Origin: Candidatus Binatia bacterium
GTDB taxonomy: Bacteria; Desulfobacterota; Binatia; DP-6
Length of the DNA stretch: 64,000 nucleotides
NCBI GenBank assembly: GCA_035295465.1
Contig: DATGIZ010000014.1
Coordinates: 78,369-142,368 of the forward strand
Direction of reading: 5' to 3'
Positions 37,818-45,635 of the stretch are shown here, piece by piece (positions within the stretch are counted from its first letter, which is position 1; each line of letters begins with the position of its first letter). Below the pieces are notes generated by a model, which was not told the DNA's origin, did no database searches, and saw only the letters and a program-made list of their open reading frames with translations. Both the position numbers and the translations under genes were made by a program.

Positions 37818-39785
37818 CTACAGGTTGAACCGCTTCGTCAGCCGGAACACCACGATCGTCGCCCGATAGTCGTTCTGCGGCAGCACGCGCTCCCGGTAGT
37901 CGATCATCCGGAACTCGATTCCCGGCTCGACGAGCGGATGAAGCCAGGTGAGGAACACGCCGCCGTCGACCCGCCGGAGGTCGAAGGCCGTGCGCAGCCC
38001 CGCGCCGGGCTCGAGGCTCGGGCGCAGCGTGTCGTTCGAGTCGACGTAGAACACGTCGGAGCCCGCCGCCCACTTCTGCCCGAGCAGCGAGAAGTCCCAG
38101 CGCAGCGAGCTCGTGAACACGTCCTCGCTGCCCTGCTGCACGGAGAGCGCGCGGTCGTAGAGCGGGCCGACCAGGATGTCGGCGCGGTCGCTCAGATCCC
38201 GCCGGGTGTAGCTGGTCATGAGGCTCAGTCCGGCGAGCGGGGTCAGCGTGAGCGCGACGCCGTTGCCGAAGCTCTGCGCGCTGCCGGCGAAGCTCGCGTT
38301 CTCGCGGCTGTCGGCGATGAGCTGGTAGCTGAGCGACACCCAGTCCCACGGCGCGAGCCGCAGCCCGGCCGCCGCCCGGTTGACGAACGTCAGCACCGCC
38401 TCGCGTCCGGGCAGCGCCGGGATCCGGTTCGGGTCGCCGGGCACGAGCAGCGGATCGTCGATCTGGACGTTCTCGTAGCGCGCCCAGAGGTTCACAGCCG
38501 ACCACGGCCGGTAGTTGAAGCTGCCCACGGCGCCCACCGTGTCGGTCGCGATCTTGTCGCCGCTGAGCGACAGGTTGACGTCGCGGTGGTTGTACCGGAC
38601 GCCGCCTCGCAGCGTGAGGTCCTCGCGCGGCTCGTACTCGAGGTCGCTGGTGACGCTGTGGACGCGGAGCTGGTCGCCGGTCGCCGTGGCGAACGGCCCG
38701 AGCACGCTCTGCTCGGCGATCGAGCCCGACTGCGTGCGCTCGTTGTAGCGGTAGGCGACGTTCAGGAGCACGTCGCGGGTCACCGCCATCGTGCCCCCGA
38801 GGTCGACGATGTGCGTGCTCAGCGCCGCCGAGCCGTGCTGGACGGCGCTCGCGGTGGTGGGGGTCGGCGACGGCGCCGTCGTCGCCGTATACAGACTTTG
38901 CCCCGTGAATCCGAGGGATGCGTGGCTGTAGAAGTAGCCGCCGGTGAGCTCGAGCCAGTCGCCGATCGGGCGGCGCAGCCGCACGGTCGTGGCCGGGATG
39001 TCGAGGTGCTCGTCGCGGGTGGTGTGGTTGGCGAGGAGCTTGAAGCCATCCGTGGGATCGAGGCCCGCCGGGTCGAGGGGATTGCCGAGAGTCAGCTCGC
39101 GATCGACCCGCCGGTACTCCTGCTGCAGCATCACGTCGGTGCCGAGCGCGTGGAAGTCCGTGCCCACGAGCCCGACGTGCGTGGTCATGTCGAGCGGCGC
39201 GGTCACGACGAAGTTGTCGCCCCCGGGGATGAGCACCGTCGAGCTGCCGTCGCCCTGGCGCTGGTAGAGCCGGTAGCCGAGCCGCAGGACGGGCAGATTT
39301 GGGGCGTGGACGGTGAGGTCGACCGTGCCGTCGGTGCGTCGGGTGTTGAACTGGTGCAGGTCGTTGGTCTGCACGTCGCCCGGGACGGGCTTCGCGAACT
39401 CCTCGGGGACCGCGTAGAAATACTGCGAGCGCGTGAACCGCGCGCTCAAGTCGAACCAGCGCCGGTTGGCGGCCGAGAGCGCGAAGTGCGAGACGGGCTC
39501 GTCGCCCGGCGTGTCGACCTCGAGGTGGAAGCGGTCGAGCGGCCCCCCGGGCGCCTTGGCGCGCCCGTCGGTGAGGAAGCTGAACAGCCGTGCGCCCTCG
39601 CGGAAGTTGTAGTCCTCGCGGTACTTGGCGTCGGCCCCGTCGACGTCGACCAGCCGATACCCCGCCGTGGCCGCGCCCTCCAGCGTCCAGCCGCCGAGCA
39701 GCCCCGGGGCGTCGTCGGCGGCCGCGCGCGCCCCTCCCCAGAGCACGGACGCCAGCGCGAGGAGCAGACGCAGCCCCCGGCGCAT
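37818..39785 (-). CDS. putative outer-membrane beta-barrel (MtrB/PioB-like porin partner of a periplasmic multiheme cytochrome)
   Basis: 655 aa from [23 protein letters not shown] (signal peptide); ATG shares 1 nt with upstream stop; Tyr/Gly/Asp/Thr-rich alternating amphipathic pattern throughout, no Cys/haem motifs; immediately downstream of MtrA-like decaheme gene. Confidence 0.65.
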   Translation of the reverse strand: MRRGLRLLLALASVLWGGARAAADDAPGLLGGWTLEGAATAGYRLVDVDGADAKYREDYNFREGARLFSFLTDGRAKAPGGPLDRFHLEVDTPGDEPVSHFALSAANRRWFDLSARFTRSQYFYAVPEEFAKPVPGDVQTNDLHQFNTRRTDGTVDLTVHAPNLPVLRLGYRLYQRQGDGSSTVLIPGGDNFVVTAPLDMTTHVGLVGTDFHALGTDVMLQQEYRRVDRELTLGNPLDPAGLDPTDGFKLLANHTTRDEHLDIPATTVRLRRPIGDWLELTGGYFYSHASLGFTGQSLYTATTAPSPTPTTASAVQHGSAALSTHIVDLGGTMAVTRDVLLNVAYRYNERTQSGSIAEQSVLGPFATATGDQLRVHSVTSDLEYEPREDLTLRGGVRYNHRDVNLSLSGDKIATDTVGAVGSFNYRPWSAVNLWARYENVQIDDPLLVPGDPNRIPALPGREAVLTFVNRAAAGLRLAPWDWVSLSYQLIADSRENASFAGSAQSFGNGVALTLTPLAGLSLMTSYTRRDLSDRADILVGPLYDRALSVQQGSEDVFTSSLRWDFSLLGQKWAAGSDVFYVDSNDTLRPSLEPGAGLRTAFDLRRVDGGVFLTWLHPLVEPGIEFRMIDYRERVLPQNDYRATIVVFRLTKRFNL

Positions 39786-40654
39786 CACTGCTCCAGGAAG
39801 TTCGGATCGACGTTCGATCCGTGGATGGCCACGTGGCAGCGCGTGCAGTCGCGGTAGCTCGGCTGCACGTGGCTCGCGGGCGTGACCGTGTGGCACTCGT
39901 AGCAGAGCTGCGCCACCTGCTGGCGAATCAGGAGGTGGCGGTTCACGCTGCCGTGCGGGTCGTGGCAGCGCTGGCAGCCCTCGGCGAGCACGGCCTCGTG
40001 CTCGAAGACGTAGGGGCCCTCGAGGTCGCCGTGGCAGCGGAAGCAGGTGCGGTTGTTGGCCCCGCGCAGCGCCACCGGGTTGTTGCTCCCGTGCGCGCGG
40101 TGGCAGTCGAGGCAGCCGAGCACGCCCTCGTCGACCTGATGGTGCTCGGGCAGCACGAATTTCGCGCGGATCTCGAGGTGGCAGCCGTAGCAGAGCTTCG
40201 GCGGGTCGGCCTTGAGGAGATGCTCGCCGCGCGCCGCGTGCGGGTCGTGGCAGTCGGTGCACGCCACGGCCGAGGCGGCGTGCTCGCTGCGCCGGAAGTC
40301 GAACCGGTGTTCCTCCCCGCCGTGGCACCCGAGGCAGACCGCGGAGCGCTCGCGCGCCGAGCGCGTGGGGGCGAAGCTCTGGAGCCCCCCGACGCCCTTG
40401 CCGCCGCCCGCCTCGGCGTGCGCCGAGCCCGGCCCGTGGCACGCCTCGCACCCCCGCTGCGACTCCGGCCGCGACTCCTTGGCGAGCGGTGCCGCGTGGG
40501 GCGTCTTGTCGTACGCCTCCGCCACGTCGGCGTGGCAGGCGGCGCAGGTGTCGGAGCCGACGTAGGTGGGCGCCGCGGCCGGGGGCTCGTCGGCCCGCGC
40601 CGCGCCGGCTGCGACCGCGAGCAGCAGCGCCGCGGCGAGGACGGCGCGCCTCAT
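39785..40654 (-). CDS. MtrA/DmsE/PioA-family periplasmic decaheme c-type cytochrome
   Basis: 289 aa from MRRAVLAAALLLAVAAGAARA; ten CxxCH (CAACH, CEACH, CLGCH, CTDCH, CYGCH, CLDCH, CFRCH, CQRCH, CYECH, CTRCH) with MtrA-like CHDPHG/CHxxHGS spacing; ATG overlaps upstream stop. Confidence 0.85.
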   Translation of the reverse strand: MRRAVLAAALLLAVAAGAARADEPPAAAPTYVGSDTCAACHADVAEAYDKTPHAAPLAKESRPESQRGCEACHGPGSAHAEAGGGKGVGGLQSFAPTRSARERSAVCLGCHGGEEHRFDFRRSEHAASAVACTDCHDPHAARGEHLLKADPPKLCYGCHLEIRAKFVLPEHHQVDEGVLGCLDCHRAHGSNNPVALRGANNRTCFRCHGDLEGPYVFEHEAVLAEGCQRCHDPHGSVNRHLLIRQQVAQLCYECHTVTPASHVQPSYRDCTRCHVAIHGSNVDPNFLEQ

Positions 40655-41694
40655 GGCGGGTTGAACCCCGCCGCGTGACGGTGGCAGGGCAGGCAGGAGA
40701 ACGTGTAGTGCCCCTGCGGTCCGCTGCCGTCGGCGCGGTAGAACTTGGTCGTCGTGTGGCAGACCTCGCAAATGCCGGTGCCCGGCTGCGAGGCGCTCGC
40801 GAAGCTCCCGTCGAACTGCCCGAGCACGTTGTCGAAGACGATCGGGACGAGCCCGCCCTGCGAGCGCTCGATCTGGTCGAGGACGAGGTCGCTGTTGTCG
40901 GTGCCGTGCGGGTCGTGGCACTGGGTGCACGGGAACGGCGGCACGCCCGGCGGGGCGTGCGTCAGGTTCGTGTGACAGTCGGCGCAGGCGGGCACCGTGC
41001 GGTGCCCCACCCCCGGCGTGGGCACGACCGCGGCGTGGCAGCCGCTGCAGTCGAAGCTCGCGCTGTGGAGATTGGCCTTGGCGAAGCGCGCCGCTTCCGC
41101 GGTGTGGCAGATCGCGCAGTTCTGCTCGGTCGCCACCGGCTGAAAGCCCGCCTCGTGGTCGTGGCACAGGACGCAGCTCTGCGCGAAGTGCGGCTGCCCG
41201 CGCCCGTCGGCGCGGTAGACCTGCGTGCGCCGGTGGCAGACCTCGCAGAGACCCTTGCCGGGACGCGCGGGATCGGTGAAGCCGCCCGGCGCCGCCCCGC
41301 TCTCGCTGTCGTAGACGATTGGGATGAGCCGCCGCGGTCCGGTGCGGAAGAGGCTCGTGCGGATCAGATGGAGGTTCGGCGAGCCGTGAGGGTCGTGGCA
41401 GCCGATGCAGTTGCGCCGCGGCTTCCCGGGGCGGTTGGCGCCGTGCGGCGGGTGGCGGACCGCGGTGTGGTGCGAGCCGCAGCTCGTGATGATCGCCCGG
41501 TGCCCGACCCCGACCCGCCCCGGCCGGCGGTCCCGGTGGCAGTCCTCGCAGCCGACGCTCGGCGCGTGGCCCCCGGTCGTCGCGCCCAGCGTCGCCTCCT
41601 CGAGGTGGCAGCGCCCGCAAATGCCCGCGTCTGCCGCCACCGCCGGGGCCGTGCGCGCGAGACAGACCATCAGCAGCACCCCCGCCGTGCGCAC
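40651..41694 (-). CDS. periplasmic multiheme c-type cytochrome, 11 CxxCH, internally duplicated
   Basis: 347 aa from GTG (MRTAGVLLMVCLARTAPAVAA signal); 11 CxxCH; two repeated units LCEVCH..YRADG..SCxxCHxHxAGF(Q/N)P. Confidence 0.85.
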   Translation of the reverse strand: MRTAGVLLMVCLARTAPAVAADAGICGRCHLEEATLGATTGGHAPSVGCEDCHRDRRPGRVGVGHRAIITSCGSHHTAVRHPPHGANRPGKPRRNCIGCHDPHGSPNLHLIRTSLFRTGPRRLIPIVYDSESGAAPGGFTDPARPGKGLCEVCHRRTQVYRADGRGQPHFAQSCVLCHDHEAGFQPVATEQNCAICHTAEAARFAKANLHSASFDCSGCHAAVVPTPGVGHRTVPACADCHTNLTHAPPGVPPFPCTQCHDPHGTDNSDLVLDQIERSQGGLVPIVFDNVLGQFDGSFASASQPGTGICEVCHTTTKFYRADGSGPQGHYTFSCLPCHRHAAGFNPP

Positions 41695-41736
41695 CTCGAT
41701 CCCTCTAGCCGAAGTCCCGGCCGCAGATCAATCCCC

Positions 41737-41800
41737 CGCTGATATTTCTCATCATTGCGAGATTCTTTCTCACTTCTGCGTTTTGCGCCGGGGGGTTTCG
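41737..41800. promoter_or_regulatory. AT-rich divergent promoter region between the conduit operon (minus) and monoheme cyt c paralog B (plus)
   Basis: local AT-rich island in a >70% GC genome; direct repeats TTTCTCA(tca)...TTTCTCA(ctt). Confidence 0.45.
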
Positions 41801-41844
41801 GCCCTGCCTGCCTTCTGCTACAGGCGGAGAGCAAAGGAGGAGCC

Positions 41845-42177
41845 ATGAGCTCGACGGTACGCACAGTGACGGCCGCCCTGCTCGTCGCGGCGATGCCGCT
41901 CGGCGCGGCAGCGGTGAGCGACGAGACCAAGGCGCTCTACGAGAAGGACTGCAAGGCCTGCCACAGCATCGCCGGCGAAGGTGGGAAGATGGCGAAGCTC
42001 GGCGGAGCGCTCGATGACGTCGGCGTCAAGCGCGACGCGGACTGGCTGCGAGCGTACCTCAAGGACCCCAAGTCGAAGATGCCCGACGCGAAGATGCCCA
42101 AGGTGAAGCTGACCGATCAGGAGCTCGAGGACATGGTCGCGTACCTGCTCACGCTAAAGACGGCGCCTCCCAAGTAG
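41845..42177 (+). CDS. monoheme c-type cytochrome (paralog B)
   Basis: 110 aa from MSSTVRTVTAALLVAAMPLGAAA with AGGAGG RBS; single CKACH; paralog of 31006..31353. Confidence 0.8.
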   Translation: MSSTVRTVTAALLVAAMPLGAAAVSDETKALYEKDCKACHSIAGEGGKMAKLGGALDDVGVKRDADWLRAYLKDPKSKMPDAKMPKVKLTDQELEDMVAYLLTLKTAPPK

Positions 42178-42213
42178 CCCGTTCCGGCAAGCGAATTGCA
42201 ATCCATCGTGGGC

Positions 42214-42930
42214 ATGCGCAGCTTCGGGGCCACGGCCACGGGCTTCCTGCTCGCGCTCGCGGCGTCGGCGGCGGCGGCCGGCACGGGGGCGGTCGCGGGC
42301 ACCGTACGGGTGGAGGGCACGGTCGCCCCGCGCCCTCCCCTGCCCGTCTACAAGCACCATGAGGTCTGTGGCGACGGCGTCCCGGACGACCGTCTGGTGG
42401 TGGGTGGCGCCGGCGGCCTGCGCTACGCGGTCGTCAGCGTGGAGGGGGTGCGCGGCGGGCGGCGGCCCGAACGCGACGTGACGGTCGACCTCGACAACCA
42501 GCGCTGCCGGTTCGAGCCGCACGTCCAGACCGCCGAGGTCGGCCAGTGGCTCGAGCTCCACAACAGCGATCCGATCCTGCACAACGCCGACGCGCGCATG
42601 GGCCCCGACACGATCTTCAACGTGGGCCTGCCGCCCGGTCGTCGGGTGCGCAAACCCCTCGCGCGCGCCGGCCTGGTCACCATAACTTGCGACGTCCGCC
42701 ACACGTGGATGCGCGCGTACGTAGCGGTCGCCGACGATCCCTACCACACGGTGACGGACGCCGACGGCGCGTACGAGATCCGCGACCTGCCGCCGGGACG
42801 GTACACGCTGCGCGTCTGGCACGAGGAGCTGGGAACCCGGGAGCGGCCGATCACGGTGGAGGCCGACAAGACGCTCACCGCGGACGTGAGCTACCCGGCG
42901 CCCGCAGGCGCGCCGGAGGCGCCGCGATGA
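42214..42930 (+). CDS. secreted cupredoxin-like (plastocyanin-type ligand pattern) + CarbopepD_reg-like domain protein
   Basis: about 238 aa; signal peptide; His...Cys-x3-His-x2-Met pattern (LHNSDPILHN ... ITCDVRHTWM) then DGAYEIRDLPPGRYTLRVWHE beta-sandwich; start ATG 42214 or TTG 42196. Confidence 0.6.
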   Translation: MRSFGATATGFLLALAASAAAAGTGAVAGTVRVEGTVAPRPPLPVYKHHEVCGDGVPDDRLVVGGAGGLRYAVVSVEGVRGGRRPERDVTVDLDNQRCRFEPHVQTAEVGQWLELHNSDPILHNADARMGPDTIFNVGLPPGRRVRKPLARAGLVTITCDVRHTWMRAYVAVADDPYHTVTDADGAYEIRDLPPGRYTLRVWHEELGTRERPITVEADKTLTADVSYPAPAGAPEAPR

Positions 42931-43526
42931 TCCGCCTCGTGCTCGTGCTGGCCCTCGCGCTCGCCACGACGGGCGCGCGCGCGGAGGAGGGCGCCGCCGT
43001 GAAGGGCACGATCACCGCCGGGCCGGCGCCGGGGACGCCGGTGGCCGACGCCGTCGTGCTGGTCGACGGCCCGTCGGTGCCGGCCCCGCCGGACGCGCCG
43101 CACGCGACCATCGACCAGCGCAACGAGAGCTTCGTTCCCCACGTGATCGCGATCGCGGTGGGAACCACCGTCGACTTCCCGAACCACGACCCGGTGCTCC
43201 ACAACGTCTACGCCGCTTCGCCGGCCAAGCACTTCGACCTGGGCATGTACGGCGAGGGGGAGTCGCGCAGTGTGCTCTTCGACAAGGCCGGGGTCGTGCG
43301 GGTGGGCTGCAACGTCCATCCGAAGATGGAGGCCTTCGTGATCGTGCACACCAACCCGTGGGCGGCGGTCACCGACGCCCACGGCGCGTACACGATCACG
43401 GGCGTGCCTCCTGGGCACTACACCGTGCGCGTCTGGCACGAGAGCCGGGGCGCCCGCGAGGTGCCGATCACGCTGCGGGCCGGCGAGGTGCTGCCGCTCG
43501 ATCTCCGGCTCGAGCCGGCTCACTGA
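42927..43526 (+). CDS. secreted cupredoxin-like + CarbopepD_reg-like domain protein (tandem paralog)
   Basis: 199 aa; ATG overlaps upstream stop (ATGA); signal peptide MIRLVLVLALALATTGARA; FPNHDPVLHN ... VGCNVHPKMEAF (Cys-x2-His-x2-Met) then HGAYTITGVPPGHYTVRVWHE. Confidence 0.65.
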   Translation: MIRLVLVLALALATTGARAEEGAAVKGTITAGPAPGTPVADAVVLVDGPSVPAPPDAPHATIDQRNESFVPHVIAIAVGTTVDFPNHDPVLHNVYAASPAKHFDLGMYGEGESRSVLFDKAGVVRVGCNVHPKMEAFVIVHTNPWAAVTDAHGAYTITGVPPGHYTVRVWHESRGAREVPITLRAGEVLPLDLRLEPAH

Positions 43527-43593
43527 GCCGTCGCTCGGCTCGTCCGCCTCGCGAGCCGCCCCGGCGCGATGGCCGCGTGCGCCGCGGAGGCGC

Positions 43594-45021
43594 TCACGCC
43601 GACAGCACCGCGTGCGCCGCCGCGAGACCGGCGTACGCCGAGACGTCGACGATCGCCGCCGGAGCCTCGAGCGTCGCCGATGCCAGCAGCAGCCCCTCGA
43701 TGCCCGGCACCGTGAGGCCGTGGCGCTCGAGCGGCGCCCAGGCCCAGCTCATCGACTGCGGCGCGGTGACGTACTGGTACGCGCTCCACTCGATACAGTC
43801 GTCGAGGTCGGCGTAGTACCGCCGCAGGTACGCGATCGCGGCGTCGAGGTGGGCGCGGGCCGCCGTCCACGGCGGGCCCGCCGTGGTCCCGCCGTCGAAG
43901 AACCGGGCCATCACCCACGACAGGAGGTGCTTCCCCGGCGGTGCCGCCCGGCGGCTGGTGAGCGAGGGGAGGTGGTAGCCGCCCGCGTAGCGCCGCTCGC
44001 CTGCGGCGCCGAGAAGGAAGCGGTTCCATCCGGCGTGATCGTCCGGCCGGCCCGTGGCGCGCACGGTCGGCAGCCGACGCAGCCCCGCCTGCCAGCCGAT
44101 CAGGTCGGCGCGGTACCGCGCGAGCGCTTCGGCCGCGGCGACGAACCCAGGCGGGAAGCGGCGCGCGTCGATCAGGTCGAAGAGCTCCCACACGGGGTAG
44201 GTGCAGACGGCGACCGGCGCCTGCACCTCGCGCACGAGGTTCGCGCGGTCGACGGCGACCGCGCCGTGCACGCGCCCGCCGTCGACCACGATCTCGACGG
44301 GCTTCCAGCCGAGCGCGATCTCGCCGCCGCGCGCGCGGATGGCGCGCGCCCACGGCTCCATGAGCCCCTGCATGCCGCCGGCCTCGGCGTCGTCGGCGAT
44401 GTGCGGCGCGCCCTTCGGCGTCTGGAAGAACTGCATGAGTCGCCCGGCCGACGCGTCGGCCGGGCGCGGGTGGAAGATCACGGCCGCCATGAGGAGGAGC
44501 GCGCGCCGCACGCCCGGGTGCCGCACGTGCGCCTCGACCCACGCGCCGAGGCGCACAGGGAGCGCCGCCTCGACCTGGGCGGCGTCCGCCCCCGCGAGGC
44601 GGGCGAGCACCGCCGTCAGCTCCTCGATCCCGTCGGCGGGGCATTCGAAGAAGTCCCGCGCGGCGGCGAGGAATCCGCCCGCGCTCCAATCGCCGCCGTC
44701 GAGCACGCTGCCGTCGGCCAGGCGGTGCACGCGCAGCGGACGGGCGATCGCCCGCACGGCCACCTCGACGCCGGCTTCGCGCGCGGCCTCAACGCCGTAA
44801 TGCCACGGGAACTCGCAGTCGCCGACGCCGTGCGCGTCGCGATGGCCGAAGTCGATCCAGAAGCCGTCGGGCGTCCGCACCGCCCCGCCGCGACCGCCGA
44901 CCGCGTCGGCGTGCTCGAGGACGACCACCCGCCGCCCGTGCCGCGTGAGGATCGCGCCGGCGACCAGGCCCGCCAGGTCCGCGCCGACGATGACGACGTC
45001 TGCCGTTGCCGCGGGCCGCAT
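43594..45021 (-). CDS. FAD-dependent oxidoreductase (phytoene-desaturase/amine-oxidase-like)
   Basis: 475 aa; N-terminal dinucleotide-binding motif DVVIVGADLAGLVAGAIL...VVVLE. Confidence 0.8.
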   Translation of the reverse strand: MRPAATADVVIVGADLAGLVAGAILTRHGRRVVVLEHADAVGGRGGAVRTPDGFWIDFGHRDAHGVGDCEFPWHYGVEAAREAGVEVAVRAIARPLRVHRLADGSVLDGGDWSAGGFLAAARDFFECPADGIEELTAVLARLAGADAAQVEAALPVRLGAWVEAHVRHPGVRRALLLMAAVIFHPRPADASAGRLMQFFQTPKGAPHIADDAEAGGMQGLMEPWARAIRARGGEIALGWKPVEIVVDGGRVHGAVAVDRANLVREVQAPVAVCTYPVWELFDLIDARRFPPGFVAAAEALARYRADLIGWQAGLRRLPTVRATGRPDDHAGWNRFLLGAAGERRYAGGYHLPSLTSRRAAPPGKHLLSWVMARFFDGGTTAGPPWTAARAHLDAAIAYLRRYYADLDDCIEWSAYQYVTAPQSMSWAWAPLERHGLTVPGIEGLLLASATLEAPAAIVDVSAYAGLAAAHAVLSA

Positions 45022-45076
45022 GTGCGCCTTCCGCGTAGCGCAGCCGTCGCGCCCCGTCCAGGACCGCCTCGGGGCC

Positions 45077-45472
45077 TCAGTCGAGCGGGCAGAGCCGGCG
45101 GGCGAGCGCGACCAGCCGCCTCGACTCCACCGGCTTGACGCAAAACGCCTGCGCGCCGACGCGGTAGGCGGCGGGCTCGCGCTCGGCCGAGGCGGCGGTG
45201 AGCACGATGATCGGCGTGTGCGCGGTCTCGGGGCGGGAGCGGAGCATGTGCGCGGTGGTGAACCCGTCCATCCCGGGCATCATCAGGTCGAGCACGATGA
45301 GATCGGGGGTCCCCGCGCCGAGCGTGGCGAGCGCGTCGTCACCCGAGCCGGCGGTCACGGTGCGATAGCCGGCCTTCTCGAGGGCCTTCGCACAGATCAC
45401 GCGGATGTCGGCGTGATCGTCGACGATCAGGACCAGGGGCCCGCGGCCCGGGGTGCGCTCGGGTTCGTCCAT
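45077..45472 (-). CDS. response regulator receiver protein (single-domain CheY-like)
   Basis: 131 aa; LVLIVDDHADIR, phospho-acceptor Asp region DLIVLDLMMPGMDG, conserved Lys (FCVKP). Confidence 0.85.
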   Translation of the reverse strand: MDEPERTPGRGPLVLIVDDHADIRVICAKALEKAGYRTVTAGSGDDALATLGAGTPDLIVLDLMMPGMDGFTTAHMLRSRPETAHTPIIVLTAASAEREPAAYRVGAQAFCVKPVESRRLVALARRLCPLD

Positions 45473-45635
45473 TGCCGCCCTCTCAGTATCGGCCGAGGGC
45501 GCCGGGCGCTTGAGGGGGTGAGCGTCAATATTGCTCGCGCCGCCGTCAACCGCGTGGCGCCCTCCCGGGCGCTGGGACGGGCCGGCGCAGGCGCCGTCCT
45601 CTTCCTGCCGGTACGGCCCTTGCTATCACGAACGC

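Noticed and set aside
37479-39857. 792-aa + strand ORF
   Set aside because: Antisense to Rieske and beta-barrel genes of the tightly coupled minus-strand operon; low-complexity Arg/Ala/Glu-rich product.
43511-43542. Nested GC-rich inverted repeat (CGAGCCG...CGGCTCG) between convergent cupredoxin and FAD-oxidoreductase genes
   Set aside because: Plausible bidirectional terminator stem, but it overlaps the 3' end of the cupredoxin ORF, has no U-tract, and such palindromes are common in GC-rich DNA; not reported as a feature.
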